Origin: Burkholderiales bacterium
GTDB taxonomy: Bacteria > Pseudomonadota > Gammaproteobacteria > Burkholderiales > Burkholderiaceae_C
Assembly: GCA_038328935.1 (NCBI GenBank)
Contig: JBBQMM010000001.1
Location: forward strand, 1-38,876
Reading direction: 5' to 3'
DNA: 38,876 nt
Part shown: in pieces, positions 7,970-16,707 of the stretch
Position numbering within the stretch: position 1 is the stretch's first letter
Layout: each line of letters starts with the position of its first letter
The notes under the pieces: model-generated
The model's database searches: none
The model's input: the letters and a program-made list of their open reading frames with translations, nothing else
What the model was told of the DNA's origin: nothing
Position numbers and translations under genes: made by a program

Positions 7970-10444
7970 CTACAGCTTCAGCTCCAGGCGCAGCTGCCAG
8001 TTGGTGTAGCTGTTGCTGAAGCTTTGCGACGTGGTGCGCTCCAGCGCCTTGCTGTCGACGTTGGTGGACCCGTTGACGCCGGTGGTGATGTACTGCCGAG
8101 GGTCCAGGTTGCTGCCCAGCAGCCGCAGGCCCATCGTGGGGCTGATGGTCCACAGCGTGTAGACGTCCCACACGCGCTTGGTGGTGACGCTGGTGGTCTG
8201 GTCGTCGTCCAGCCGCGTGGTGTAGCCCGGCACCCAGTTGACGTTGCCGCCCAGCGTGAACGGCAGGCCGCGCAGCCGGTAGTCGGCACCCAGGTTGCCG
8301 GTGGCCTTGGCCTGCTGGTCCAGCCGGTTGTCGGGGCCGGGCACGCTTTTCACACGGCTGTTGTAGAGGCTCAGGTTGCTGCGCATCTCAACGCCGGGCG
8401 CGCCGGTGATCAGCTGGTCAAGCCGGAACTTGGCTTCCAGTTCGATGCCGGTGGTGGTGGCGTCGCCGATGTTGCGCTGGCGGCGCACCCAGCGCGGGTA
8501 GCTGCTCCAGGGCACGCCATCTTCCAGCCTTACCTGGCCTCGTATCACGTTGCTGATGTTGCGGTGAAACAGGTTGGCGCTGAGCACGCCACCGCCGCCG
8601 AGGTAGCGTTCCAGCGCAATGTCGATGCCGGTGGCGAGCTCGGGCTTGAGCTCGGGGTTGCCGGCGCTGTCGGGGTAGGTTTCGCGGTTTCCGCAGGCCG
8701 GCGTGACGGGCGCAGGCGGCGCACAGATCGGAAACTCGCGGTTGATGGTGGGACGCGCGATCAGCGCGCCCAGCGGCGGGCTGCGGTAGCTGCGCGTCAG
8801 GCTGATGCGCACCTGGTCGCGGCTCTTCGGGTCGGGCTTGTAGACGGCGTGCAGCAGCGGCGTCCAGACGCTGCTGCGGTTGCTCGGGCGTTCGCCCTGG
8901 CCACTGTCGCCACGGGTGTTGATGCCCTCCCAGCGCAGGCCGGCGTGCAGGCCCCAGCTGGGGTTCAGCTGCCACTCATCCTGCGCGTAAGCCGCCAGGC
9001 GCAGCGTGCTGGCTTTGAGGTTGTCGCCGAAGTCGGCCAGGTTGGGCACCGAGATGCGCGTCTCGTCGCGGTTCACGGCCTCGATCTCGGCGCCGGTGAC
9101 GAGCGCGTGGTCGGCGGCCGGTTGCGCTTCGCTGCCACCACCGGCCACGCCGCTGGCTTTCAGGGTCAGGTTCAGCGACTGCTCGCTGGTGGTCGCCTGG
9201 TCGGTGAACGTGCGCCAGGGGCTGCTGCCGGTGGCCGTGCGGTATTCGGTGCGCAGCGTGTCGTTGCGCGACTCCCACAGGCCGCCGTTGCCGTTCATTT
9301 CCAGCCGCACGCCGCCCAGCCGCTGCCGGTAGGCCAGCCCGAGCCGGCCGTTGGTGAAGCGGCTGTCGGTCACCGTGGTGCCGGTGTCGTAGAACAGCGG
9401 CGTCGTCGGCCGTGGCGGCAGGTTCTGAATCAGGCTGAAGTCACTGTCGCTGTGCGCTTCGGTGCGAAAGATCGAGGGCATCAGCGACAGCGAATCGCCC
9501 TGTTCGTTCAGGCGCCACAGCAGCCGCCCGGAGAGATTGGCGCCGACGCGTTTTTCCATCGAATGCGACTGTCCGCTGCGGTCTTCCACCACCGCACCGG
9601 TCGCCACGTCTTCAACCACCGTGTGGCTGGCACTGGTGCTCTCGCGGCGCGGCCTGAACAGGCTGGCGTTGAGGGTGTAGGTCAGCGGCCCGCTGCTGTC
9701 GTTGTGGCTCCAGTTGATGCCGGGCGAAAACTGCCCGTTCTCATGACCGGTGCCCAGCCGCAGGTCGTTCAGCCGCACCTTGAAGCCTTCGCGCGTGATG
9801 ATGTTGATGGTGCCGGCGATGGCACGTGCGCCGGTCTCGGCGGTTGGCGCACGCAGGATCTCGATGCGCTCCACCTGCTCCGGCGTCAGGCTTTCGAGGC
9901 TGAAGCCGGGCGGCATGCGCTGGCCGTCGATCAACAGCTGCGTGAAGCCACCGCCCAGCCCGCGCAGGCGCGGCGGCCCGCCGCGGCCGGGTGCGCCGGG
10001 GGTGGTGACACCGGGCAGGCGGCGCAGCACCTCGCCCACGGTGGCGTCGCCGAACTTGTCGATCTCTTCACGCCCGATGACGATCTTGCTGGCGGTGGCG
10101 CGGCGGCGCTCTTCGGTGTCGGACAGGCGGCCGCCGGTGATCTCGATCTTCTGTGTGGCGCCGGCCGGCTGGCCCGGGTCAGCCGCACGGGGTGCAGCCG
10201 CTGGCCGCTGTGATGCAGCCGGTGCGGCTGCCGCAGCTGGGTTGGCTGCTGGCGCAGCAGGCACCGTGGTTGCCGCAGGCGCCGACGCTGCAGCAGCAAC
10301 AGCGGCCGGGGTTTGCGCCGCGGCAGCACAAGCCGCCAACAGCAGCGCGGGTGCAACGAGCACGGGTGCAAAAAGCGCGGTTGCGAAAAGCGCGGGTGCG
10401 AAAAACGCGTTTGCGCGTGGGCAGGGTTGGGCTGGCAAATGCAT
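7970..10444 (-). CDS. TonB-dependent outer-membrane receptor (start uncertain, 10444-10459)
   Basis: TonB-box-like KIEITG, plug motifs LRRLPGVT and VERIEILR...AIAGTINIIT, AYAQDEW, GNPELKPE, amphipathic C-terminus WQLRLELKL. Confidence 0.93.
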   Translation of the reverse strand: MHLPAQPCPRANAFFAPALFATALFAPVLVAPALLLAACAAAAQTPAAVAAAASAPAATTVPAAPAANPAAAAAPAASQRPAAAPRAADPGQPAGATQKIEITGGRLSDTEERRRATASKIVIGREEIDKFGDATVGEVLRRLPGVTTPGAPGRGGPPRLRGLGGGFTQLLIDGQRMPPGFSLESLTPEQVERIEILRAPTAETGARAIAGTINIITREGFKVRLNDLRLGTGHENGQFSPGINWSHNDSSGPLTYTLNASLFRPRRESTSASHTVVEDVATGAVVEDRSGQSHSMEKRVGANLSGRLLWRLNEQGDSLSLMPSIFRTEAHSDSDFSLIQNLPPRPTTPLFYDTGTTVTDSRFTNGRLGLAYRQRLGGVRLEMNGNGGLWESRNDTLRTEYRTATGSSPWRTFTDQATTSEQSLNLTLKASGVAGGGSEAQPAADHALVTGAEIEAVNRDETRISVPNLADFGDNLKASTLRLAAYAQDEWQLNPSWGLHAGLRWEGINTRGDSGQGERPSNRSSVWTPLLHAVYKPDPKSRDQVRISLTRSYRSPPLGALIARPTINREFPICAPPAPVTPACGNRETYPDSAGNPELKPELATGIDIALERYLGGGGVLSANLFHRNISNVIRGQVRLEDGVPWSSYPRWVRRQRNIGDATTTGIELEAKFRLDQLITGAPGVEMRSNLSLYNSRVKSVPGPDNRLDQQAKATGNLGADYRLRGLPFTLGGNVNWVPGYTTRLDDDQTTSVTTKRVWDVYTLWTISPTMGLRLLGSNLDPRQYITTGVNGSTNVDSKALERTTSQSFSNSYTNWQLRLELKL
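10341..10415 (-). repeat. 15-bp tandem array (5 units) in the TBDR signal-peptide region
   Basis: agcagcgcgggtgca / acgagcacgggtgca / aaaagcgcggttgcg / aaaagcgcgggtgcg / aaaaacgcgtttgcg, encoding FAPAL-type repeats. Confidence 0.8.
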
Positions 10445-10504
10445 GCGCGGCATTGTCACAGCGCGGGCCCCCTTGGCCGCCAGCGCAGGAAGGTTTGGGC
10501 TGGG

Positions 10505-10532
10505 CTTTGCCGAGGCTTTACCGGCGCTTTAC
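10505..10532 (-). promoter_or_regulatory. Putative response-regulator box GTAAAG-N5-GTAAAG-N5-GCAAAG upstream of the TBDR
   Basis: Three direct hexamers at 11-bp period; the regulatory role is inferred. Confidence 0.35.
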
Positions 10533-10773
10533 GCAGCCATGCCCGTCCGTACCGCCAAGCGTTGCGATTTGTCGACACCGTCCCGTGGCGGCCATCCTGG
10601 CGCCGCACGGGATAATGAATTTCGCACCAGTGGTCGCGGACCGGCGCCCGGGGTGGATCCCGCGCCAGCACGCACAGCCCATCAAGGCCGATGGCCCAGA
10701 TGGGCAAAGCCTCTGGCAGCCCTGCCTGGCCTCATTCACCATTCAGGGAATAACCAACAAAGGAGACGAGACC

Positions 10774-12984
10774 ATGCGGTCCCTGATGAGCAAGGCCTTC
10801 CTGCAAGTTCGACACCTGCCCGCCGTGCTCGGGGCTGCGCTGGTGCTGGTGGCTTGCGGCGGTAATGACGACGTTCCCGAGCCGCCTGTCGTCATCGCTC
10901 CGCCGGCGGTGCTCAGCGTCAACGTGTTGTCGAGCCGGCCCGACACCATCACGGGCAACAGCGCATTGGTCGAGATCCCGGTGCCCGCCGGGCTGACGGC
11001 CGCCGAGATCAAGCTGACGGCCAACAGCACCGACGTCACCACGATGCTGGTCCCCAGCGCCGACGGCAAGCGGCTGCGCGGACTGGTCACCGGCCTCACG
11101 CTGGGTGACAACAAGCTCGTCGCCAGCGCCGCGGGCAACAAGGGCCATGGCGAGCTGAGCGTGAAGAACCATCCACGCACGGGCCCGGTCTTCTCGGGTC
11201 CGCAAAAGACACCCTTCGAGTGCCGCACCGAACAGTCGGGGCTGGGTGCGCCGCTGGATGCCAACTGCTCGGCTGCCACGCGCTACGACTGGTTCTACTT
11301 CACGGCCGACGGCGCGCGCAAGGCGCTGCTCGACCCGCTCGGTGCCCGCCCGGCCGATGTCGCAACGACAACGACGACGGATGCCAAGACCGTGCCCTTC
11401 ATCGTTCGCGTCGAGTCGGCCACCATCAACCGGTCGATCGTGCGCATCGCGGTGCTCGACGACCCCCAGGCCGCCGGGGTTCTCAACGCCACCGGCTGGA
11501 ACAACCGCGTCGTGTTCCGCTTCGGCGAATCGACGGCGGCCCAGTACAACCAGGGCTCCAACAGCGTCACCGACGCGGTGCGCAACACCGACGTGCAGAA
11601 CTTCGAGGCGCTCAAGCGCGGCTTTGCCTACGTCGTCTCGACGCTGAACATCAACCGGGTCAACGTCGATGATGTGCTGTCGGCCGAGACGGTGATGATG
11701 GTGCGTGAGCACCTGACCAAGACCTATGGCGTGCCGCGCTGGTTCGTCGGCATGGGCGGTTCGGGCGGCGCCATCCAGCAGATGCAGATCGCGCAGAACT
11801 ATCCCGGCCTGCTCGACGGCATCATGCCCGACGCGGCCTTCCCCGATGTGTTCAGCACCGCGCTGGCGGTCTCGGACTGCCGCTTGCTGAACCGCTACTT
11901 CATCGCCAACCCGGCCAGCGACGCGACACGCAAGGCCTTTGAAGGCCACACCAAGGGCACCTGCGCCGCCTGGGACGCCGGCAACGGCGACGCCGTGTTG
12001 GCCACCAGCGGCTCGATCAATCCGCCCTGCGGCCTGCTCGATCAGAGCAAGGTCTACCACCCGATCACCAACCCCACCGGCGCGCGCTGCACCGTTTACG
12101 ACATCAACGTCAACAGCATGGGGCGCGACGGCTTCACCGGCGCCGCGCGGCGGCCGCTGGACAACGTCGGCATCCAGTACGGGCTGGGCGCGCTGAAGGC
12201 CCGGACGATCACGGCAGCGCAGTTCCTCGATGTCAACGCAGGCGTCGGCGGTTTCGACATCGACGGCAACATCGTCACGCGACGCACGTCGGCCACCACC
12301 GAAGCGCTGAAGCTCGGCTACGAGACCGGCCGCATCAATTCCGGCAGTGGCGGGCTGGCGTCGGTGCCCATCCTGCACCTGCGCGCCTATGCCGAGCCGG
12401 GCAGCGACATTCACACGATCTACAACGACATCAAGATCCGCGAGCAACTGCAGAAGGCCAACGGACGCAGCGACAACCAGGTGATCTGGCTGCTGCCCAA
12501 CCCCGCGCTGGCGCCGTTACTCGGGCTGGGCGCCGCACAACAGGCGGTGCTGACCGCGCTGACCGGCGAGGTCTTTCGGAACCGGCTGACGCTGATGACG
12601 CAGTGGCTCGACGCCATCGTCGCCGACCCGGCGGCGCTGTCGACCGAGAAGATCGCGCGGCTCAAACCGGCTGAAGCGGTCGACTCGTGCTGGGGCGTGG
12701 CTGACGCCAAGCAAACCAAGGAAACCGCCACGCTGTCGGGTGCCGGCGTCTGCAACGGCCTGTACCCGCGCACGCTGCCCCCGCGCGTGGTCGCCGGATC
12801 GCCGATCACCGACGACGTCGTAAAGTGCCAGCTCAAAGCCATCGACGAAGCCGATTACCTGCCGGTGGCGCTGACGGGTGCCGAGAAGATCCGGCTGGCG
12901 AACGTCTTCCCGGACGGGGTCTGCGACTACACCAAAGCCGGCGTCTCGCAGTCCAAGGTGAAGGGCACCTGGTTGAAGTACTGA
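10774..12984 (+). CDS. DUF6351-like (tannase-like alpha/beta hydrolase) lipoprotein
   Basis: AAGGAG RBS; lipobox LVAC; nucleophile elbow GMGGSGG; NYPGLLDG, RPLDNVGIQYG, KCQLK and FPDGVCDY motifs. Confidence 0.8.
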   Translation: MRSLMSKAFLQVRHLPAVLGAALVLVACGGNDDVPEPPVVIAPPAVLSVNVLSSRPDTITGNSALVEIPVPAGLTAAEIKLTANSTDVTTMLVPSADGKRLRGLVTGLTLGDNKLVASAAGNKGHGELSVKNHPRTGPVFSGPQKTPFECRTEQSGLGAPLDANCSAATRYDWFYFTADGARKALLDPLGARPADVATTTTTDAKTVPFIVRVESATINRSIVRIAVLDDPQAAGVLNATGWNNRVVFRFGESTAAQYNQGSNSVTDAVRNTDVQNFEALKRGFAYVVSTLNINRVNVDDVLSAETVMMVREHLTKTYGVPRWFVGMGGSGGAIQQMQIAQNYPGLLDGIMPDAAFPDVFSTALAVSDCRLLNRYFIANPASDATRKAFEGHTKGTCAAWDAGNGDAVLATSGSINPPCGLLDQSKVYHPITNPTGARCTVYDINVNSMGRDGFTGAARRPLDNVGIQYGLGALKARTITAAQFLDVNAGVGGFDIDGNIVTRRTSATTEALKLGYETGRINSGSGGLASVPILHLRAYAEPGSDIHTIYNDIKIREQLQKANGRSDNQVIWLLPNPALAPLLGLGAAQQAVLTALTGEVFRNRLTLMTQWLDAIVADPAALSTEKIARLKPAEAVDSCWGVADAKQTKETATLSGAGVCNGLYPRTLPPRVVAGSPITDDVVKCQLKAIDEADYLPVALTGAEKIRLANVFPDGVCDYTKAGVSQSKVKGTWLKY

Positions 12985-13123
12985 CGCGGCCGCGCTGGCG
13001 CTGGCCGAATGGGCGAAGGGTCGAAAGACTCTCAAGAAACAAAACTTCCCAGTCGTTGTTTTGCCGGCATTGCACCCTCACTTGCAGTGCGCATGCCGGC
13101 ATCGCTTAGCGGGCTCGCCGCAT

Positions 13124-13360
13124 GCGGCTCGAAACCCCCGCCTCGCCCCCAACCCTCTCCCTGGAAGGGAGAGGGAGCAAAGGCCCAACCGTGGCGCCCT
13201 TTTTTTCTCCGCGAACGCCGGGCGCCGCCAGGGGCCTGGAATGCTCATGAGAAACAAGCCTTCTAACCGCAGCCGACCTGCCTTTGCTCCCTCTCCCTGG
13301 GAGGGAGAGGGAGTGAGCGCAGTGCTGTGCGAACGGTGACCCGTTTCTCCGCGAACGCCG
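13124..13360. repeat. Composite REP/REPIN-like element between convergent genes
   Basis: Copy of nt 1-54 at 13124-13177; perfect 12-bp-stem hairpin at 13287-13313; about 19-bp inverted repeat 13166-13184 / 13280-13298; direct repeat TTTCTCCGCGAACGCCG near 13204 and 13344. Confidence 0.8.
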
Positions 13361-13384
13361 AATGCCGACAGGGGCCCGGGATCC

Positions 13385-14641
13385 TCAGGCCAGCGCTTCG
13401 TCCAGCACTTCCACCCAGTGCCGCACCGGCGTGGTGGTGCCGCTTTGCAGGTGCTGGATGCAGCCGATGTTGGCGCTGATGATGGCTTGCGCGGCCAACG
13501 GCTCCAGGTGGCCGAGCTTGCGGTCGCGCAGCTGGTAGGCCAGCTCGGGCTGCAGCACGCTGTAGGTGCCGGCCGAGCCGCAACACAGATGGCTTTCGCT
13601 GCCGGCCAGGCTGACCTCGAAGCCCAGTTCACGCAGGTGCGTTTCAACACCGCCGCGCAGCTGCTGGCCGTGCTGCAGCGTGCACGGCGGGTGAAACGCC
13701 AGCCGGCGTGGCACGCCCGGTGCCAAGTCCTTGCGCATGCGCTGCTTCAGCGTGGGTGTGATGTCGGGCAGCAGCTCGCTGATGTCGCGCGTCAAGGCAC
13801 TCACCCTGGCGGCCTTTTCGGCATAGGCGTCGTCGTGCGCCAGCGCGCGGCCATAGTCCTTCACCGCCACGCCGCAGCCGCTGGCGTTCATCACGATGGC
13901 CTCCACCGCGCCACGCGGCGTCAGGCCGGCCACCAGCGGCCACCAGGCGTCGATGTTGCGGCGCATGTCGGCCAGGCCGCCTTCGTGGTCGTTCAGGTGC
14001 GTGCGGATGGCGCCGCAGCAGCCGGCACCGTCGGCCACCAGGCTCTGGATGCCGGCGGCGTCGAGCACGCGTGCGGTGGCGCTGTTGATGCCGGGCATCA
14101 TCGCGGGTTGCACGCAGCCCAGCAGCATCAGCACCTTGCGCGGATGTTCGCGCGTGGGCCACTGGTGAGCGCGCGCGCCGCCGGGCGCCGGCACTTTGTG
14201 CTTCAGGCTGGGCGGCAGCAGCGGCCGCACCAGCTGGCCCAGTTTCATGGCTGGGCCGAACAGCGGCGAGGTCAGGCCTTCCTTCAGCAGCCAGCGCACC
14301 GCCCTTTCGCCAGCCGGGCGCTGCACGCGCTCGTCCACGAGCTGGCGGCCGATGTCCACCAGCTCGCCGTACTCCACCCCGCTGGGGCAGGTGGTTTCGC
14401 AGTTGCGGCAGGTCAGGCAGCGGTCCAGGTGCTGCTGGGTGCTGCGCGTGACGGGTGCGCCTTCCAGCACCTGCTTCATCAGGTAGATGCGGCCGCGCGG
14501 GCCGTCGAGTTCGTCACCCATCAGCTGGTAGGTGGGACAGGTGGCGTTGCAAATCCCGCAGTGCACGCACTTGCGCATGCTGGCCTCGGCCGCCTGGCCG
14601 TCGCGGGTGCCTTGGAATTCAGGGGCGAGTTGGGTTTGCAT
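13385..14641 (-). CDS. glcF: Glycolate oxidase iron-sulfur subunit GlcF
   Basis: MQTQL start, CVHCGICNATCP and CLTCRNCETTCP 4Fe-4S motifs, CCG domains, HPPCTLQHGQ, SANIGC. Confidence 0.95.
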   Translation of the reverse strand: MQTQLAPEFQGTRDGQAAEASMRKCVHCGICNATCPTYQLMGDELDGPRGRIYLMKQVLEGAPVTRSTQQHLDRCLTCRNCETTCPSGVEYGELVDIGRQLVDERVQRPAGERAVRWLLKEGLTSPLFGPAMKLGQLVRPLLPPSLKHKVPAPGGARAHQWPTREHPRKVLMLLGCVQPAMMPGINSATARVLDAAGIQSLVADGAGCCGAIRTHLNDHEGGLADMRRNIDAWWPLVAGLTPRGAVEAIVMNASGCGVAVKDYGRALAHDDAYAEKAARVSALTRDISELLPDITPTLKQRMRKDLAPGVPRRLAFHPPCTLQHGQQLRGGVETHLRELGFEVSLAGSESHLCCGSAGTYSVLQPELAYQLRDRKLGHLEPLAAQAIISANIGCIQHLQSGTTTPVRHWVEVLDEALA

Positions 14642-14662
14642 GCAGACAGGTTGCTGAGAAAG

Positions 14663-14721
14663 TCAGGATGGGGAGTTCAGGAAGGGCAACTCAGGATCGG
14701 CAGTTCAGGTGGGGCGGTTCA
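14663..14721 (-). repeat. 14-bp tandem array anchored on the lrgB stop codon
   Basis: TCAG recurs at 14663, 14677, 14691, 14705 and 14719; the last is the lrgB TGA on the minus strand. Confidence 0.7.
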
Positions 14722-15432
14722 GAACAGGCGCGCCAGCGGTGGCAGCAGCAAGGCGGCCAACAGCACCTGCAGGCCCAACGCCAGCGCTGCATAGGCCCCG
14801 GCATCGGGGTGCACCTGCAGCGCGCGGGCAGCGCCGATGCCGTGGGCAGCCGTGCCGAGCGCAAAACCACGCTGCGCCATGCGCGTGACTCCGGCGCGGT
14901 CGAACAGAAACTTGGCCGTGGTGGCGCCCGCCAGGCCCGTCAGCACAGCGAAGGCCGCTGCCAGCGCGGGTATGCCGCCCAGTTGCGTGGCAATGCCCAT
15001 GGCTACCGGTGCCGTCACCGACTTCGGCGCCAGCGACGCCAGCACCTCCAGCGGCAGCCCCAAAGCCCAGCCCAGCGCCACGGCGCTGCCACTGGCCGTG
15101 GCGCCGCCCAACAGCGCAGCCGCCAGCAGCGCCGGCGCCCGCGCGCGCAGCTGGGCGCGGCGCTGCCACAGCGGCCAGGCCAGCGCAACCACCGCCGGGC
15201 CGAGCAGAAAGTGGATGAACTGCGCACCCGAGAAGTAGACCGGGTAAGCGGTGCCGGTGGACCACAACAGCAGCGCCAGCGCCAGCACCGACCACAACAC
15301 GGGGTTGGCCCAGGGCGGGTGTTGCAGCCATGCCGAGAGCGTGGCTGCCAGCACATACACCGTGAGCGTGGCGGTGAGGCCAAAGAGCGGCGTGGCCGAC
15401 AGATAGACCCACAGGTTGACGAAGTCGGTCAT
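14719..15432 (-). CDS. lrgB: LrgB/CidB family membrane protein
   Basis: NPVL, LLGPAVVALAWPL, SLAPKSVTAPVAMGI, GFALGTAAHGIGAARA; ATG overlaps the cidA stop. Confidence 0.93.
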   Translation of the reverse strand: MTDFVNLWVYLSATPLFGLTATLTVYVLAATLSAWLQHPPWANPVLWSVLALALLLWSTGTAYPVYFSGAQFIHFLLGPAVVALAWPLWQRRAQLRARAPALLAAALLGGATASGSAVALGWALGLPLEVLASLAPKSVTAPVAMGIATQLGGIPALAAAFAVLTGLAGATTAKFLFDRAGVTRMAQRGFALGTAAHGIGAARALQVHPDAGAYAALALGLQVLLAALLLPPLARLF

Positions 15433-15809
15433 GCCGGCGCGCCCTCGCCTTCGGCTTCGCCAGCGGCGTCGTCACGACCCCACATCGCCTTCAGCACGAG
15501 CCCCGTGACGAGCAAACCGACCCAGGTCGACAGCACCAGCACCAGCAGCATGCGCAGGCCGTACTGGCTGATCAGCCCCAAGTGCGCCACCACCCCCACG
15601 CCGCCGGGCACGAACAGCAACGACAGATGCGCGAGAAGCGGCGTGGCCGCGGCCTCCACGGGCTGCTGCACCAGCGGCCAGCGCAACAGCACCAGCATCA
15701 ACAGCAGGCCCAGCACCGGGCCCGGCAGCGGCAGTGCGAAAGCGCGCGACAGCAACTCGCCGGCGGTCTGGCACAGCAGCAGCAGCGTCAGCCCCTTCAG
15801 GAGTTCCAT
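15429..15809 (-). CDS. CidA/LrgA family protein
   Basis: GELLS...PLPGPVLGLLL and LLAHLSLLFVPGGVGV signature; 126 aa, hydrophobic. Confidence 0.92.
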   Translation of the reverse strand: MELLKGLTLLLLCQTAGELLSRAFALPLPGPVLGLLLMLVLLRWPLVQQPVEAAATPLLAHLSLLFVPGGVGVVAHLGLISQYGLRMLLVLVLSTWVGLLVTGLVLKAMWGRDDAAGEAEGEGAPA

Positions 15810-16209
15810 GCGCTACACCAGCTCATACGACAGCACCCAGTAGTAGGTGTGCTGCAGCCACTGCACCTGGCGCACATCGGGGCCGATGGCTGCGCTGGCC
15901 TGCGCCGGCGTGGGAAAGTTCTTCAACACTTCGTGCACGCTGCCGTCGTCCAGCGTGCGCGTCTGGTAGGTGTTGCCCTGGGCGTCGCTGTGCGTAATGG
16001 GCAGGTTGCTGGTCTGCACGAAGCTGTTGTCGAGAAACACCACGCGCGCGCCCGGCGCCAGCTGCGCATGCAGGCTGGCCAGCCACTGCTGCAGACGCTG
16101 CAGGGGCACGTGGCTCCACCAGCAGCCGGCGAAGCTCCCGTGAAGCGGCCTGGGACTGCACGTGGCTGGGTATCGGGCGGGGTCGGCAGCTCGGCCTGGG
16201 CTTTTGCAG

Positions 16210-16281
16210 GTGGTTGTACAAGCGGTTGTGCCAGCGGTTGCGCCAGCGGTTGTGCCAGCGGTTGTGCTGGCGGTTGCGCCA
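16210..16281 (-). repeat. 12-bp tandem array (6 units, GCGGTTGYGCCA on +) inside the methyltransferase
   Basis: Encodes AQPP/AQPL/VQPP repeats. Confidence 0.88.
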
Positions 16282-16559
16282 GGCCGTGCCAGCTGTAGGC
16301 GTCCACGGTCGCGAAGCGGACACACGCCGGCAGGGTCTTGGCTTGTGCCACCGCCATCGTCTCCGGGGTCAGGTCGGTGGCCAGCCAACCGGCGGCGTGG
16401 CGCGCGCCGTGGGGCGTCCACCAACCCGTGCCGCAGGCCACCTCCAGCACATGGCGGCCGGCAAAGGCGCCGGGCAGCCAGGCCTCCATGGCGCGCAGAT
16501 CTGGCTGGCGCTCGGGCTTGTGGTACACCCTTTCGTAGTAAGACGCCCGCTGCGCGTAG

Positions 16560-16680
16560 TAGTCGCGCATGTTGTCGCGCATGCCCTCGTACATGCCCTG
16601 GTACATGTCCTCGTACGTGCCCTCGCGCATGTCCTTGCGCATGTCCTTGTGCATGTCCTTGCGCATGTCCTTGCGCATGC
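16560..16680 (-). repeat. 12-bp tandem array (about 10 units) of ATG-initiated codon blocks at the methyltransferase 5' end
   Basis: MRKD MRKD MHKD MRKD MREG TYED MYQG MYEG MRDN MRDY. Confidence 0.88.
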
Positions 16681-16707
16681 GGTCGACGACGGTAACAGCA
16701 CCATCGC

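Noticed and set aside
7895-10213. 772-aa plus-strand ORF, and similar long ORFs at 13418-14794, 17850-19553, 27011-28813, 32126-34027 and 35207-37696
   Set aside because: Antisense or alternate-frame shadows of well-supported genes, expected at high GC; no recognisable motifs.
10611-10630. Fur-box-like GATAATGA near the TBDR
   Set aside because: Only half of the 19-bp consensus matches and there is no inverted symmetry; it may just be a -10 element.
10669-10735. Resemblance to a c-di-GMP-I riboswitch (CACGCACAG ... GCAAAGCCTC) around a GCCCATC/GATGGGC hairpin
   Set aside because: It lacks the GGCAAA...GAAA tetraloop and GGACGC core; an Infernal search with the Rfam c-di-GMP-I model would be needed.
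14719-15809. cidA/lrgB as a prophage lysis cassette
   Set aside because: No endolysin, phage structural gene or integrase nearby; the genes sit inside a metabolic operon.
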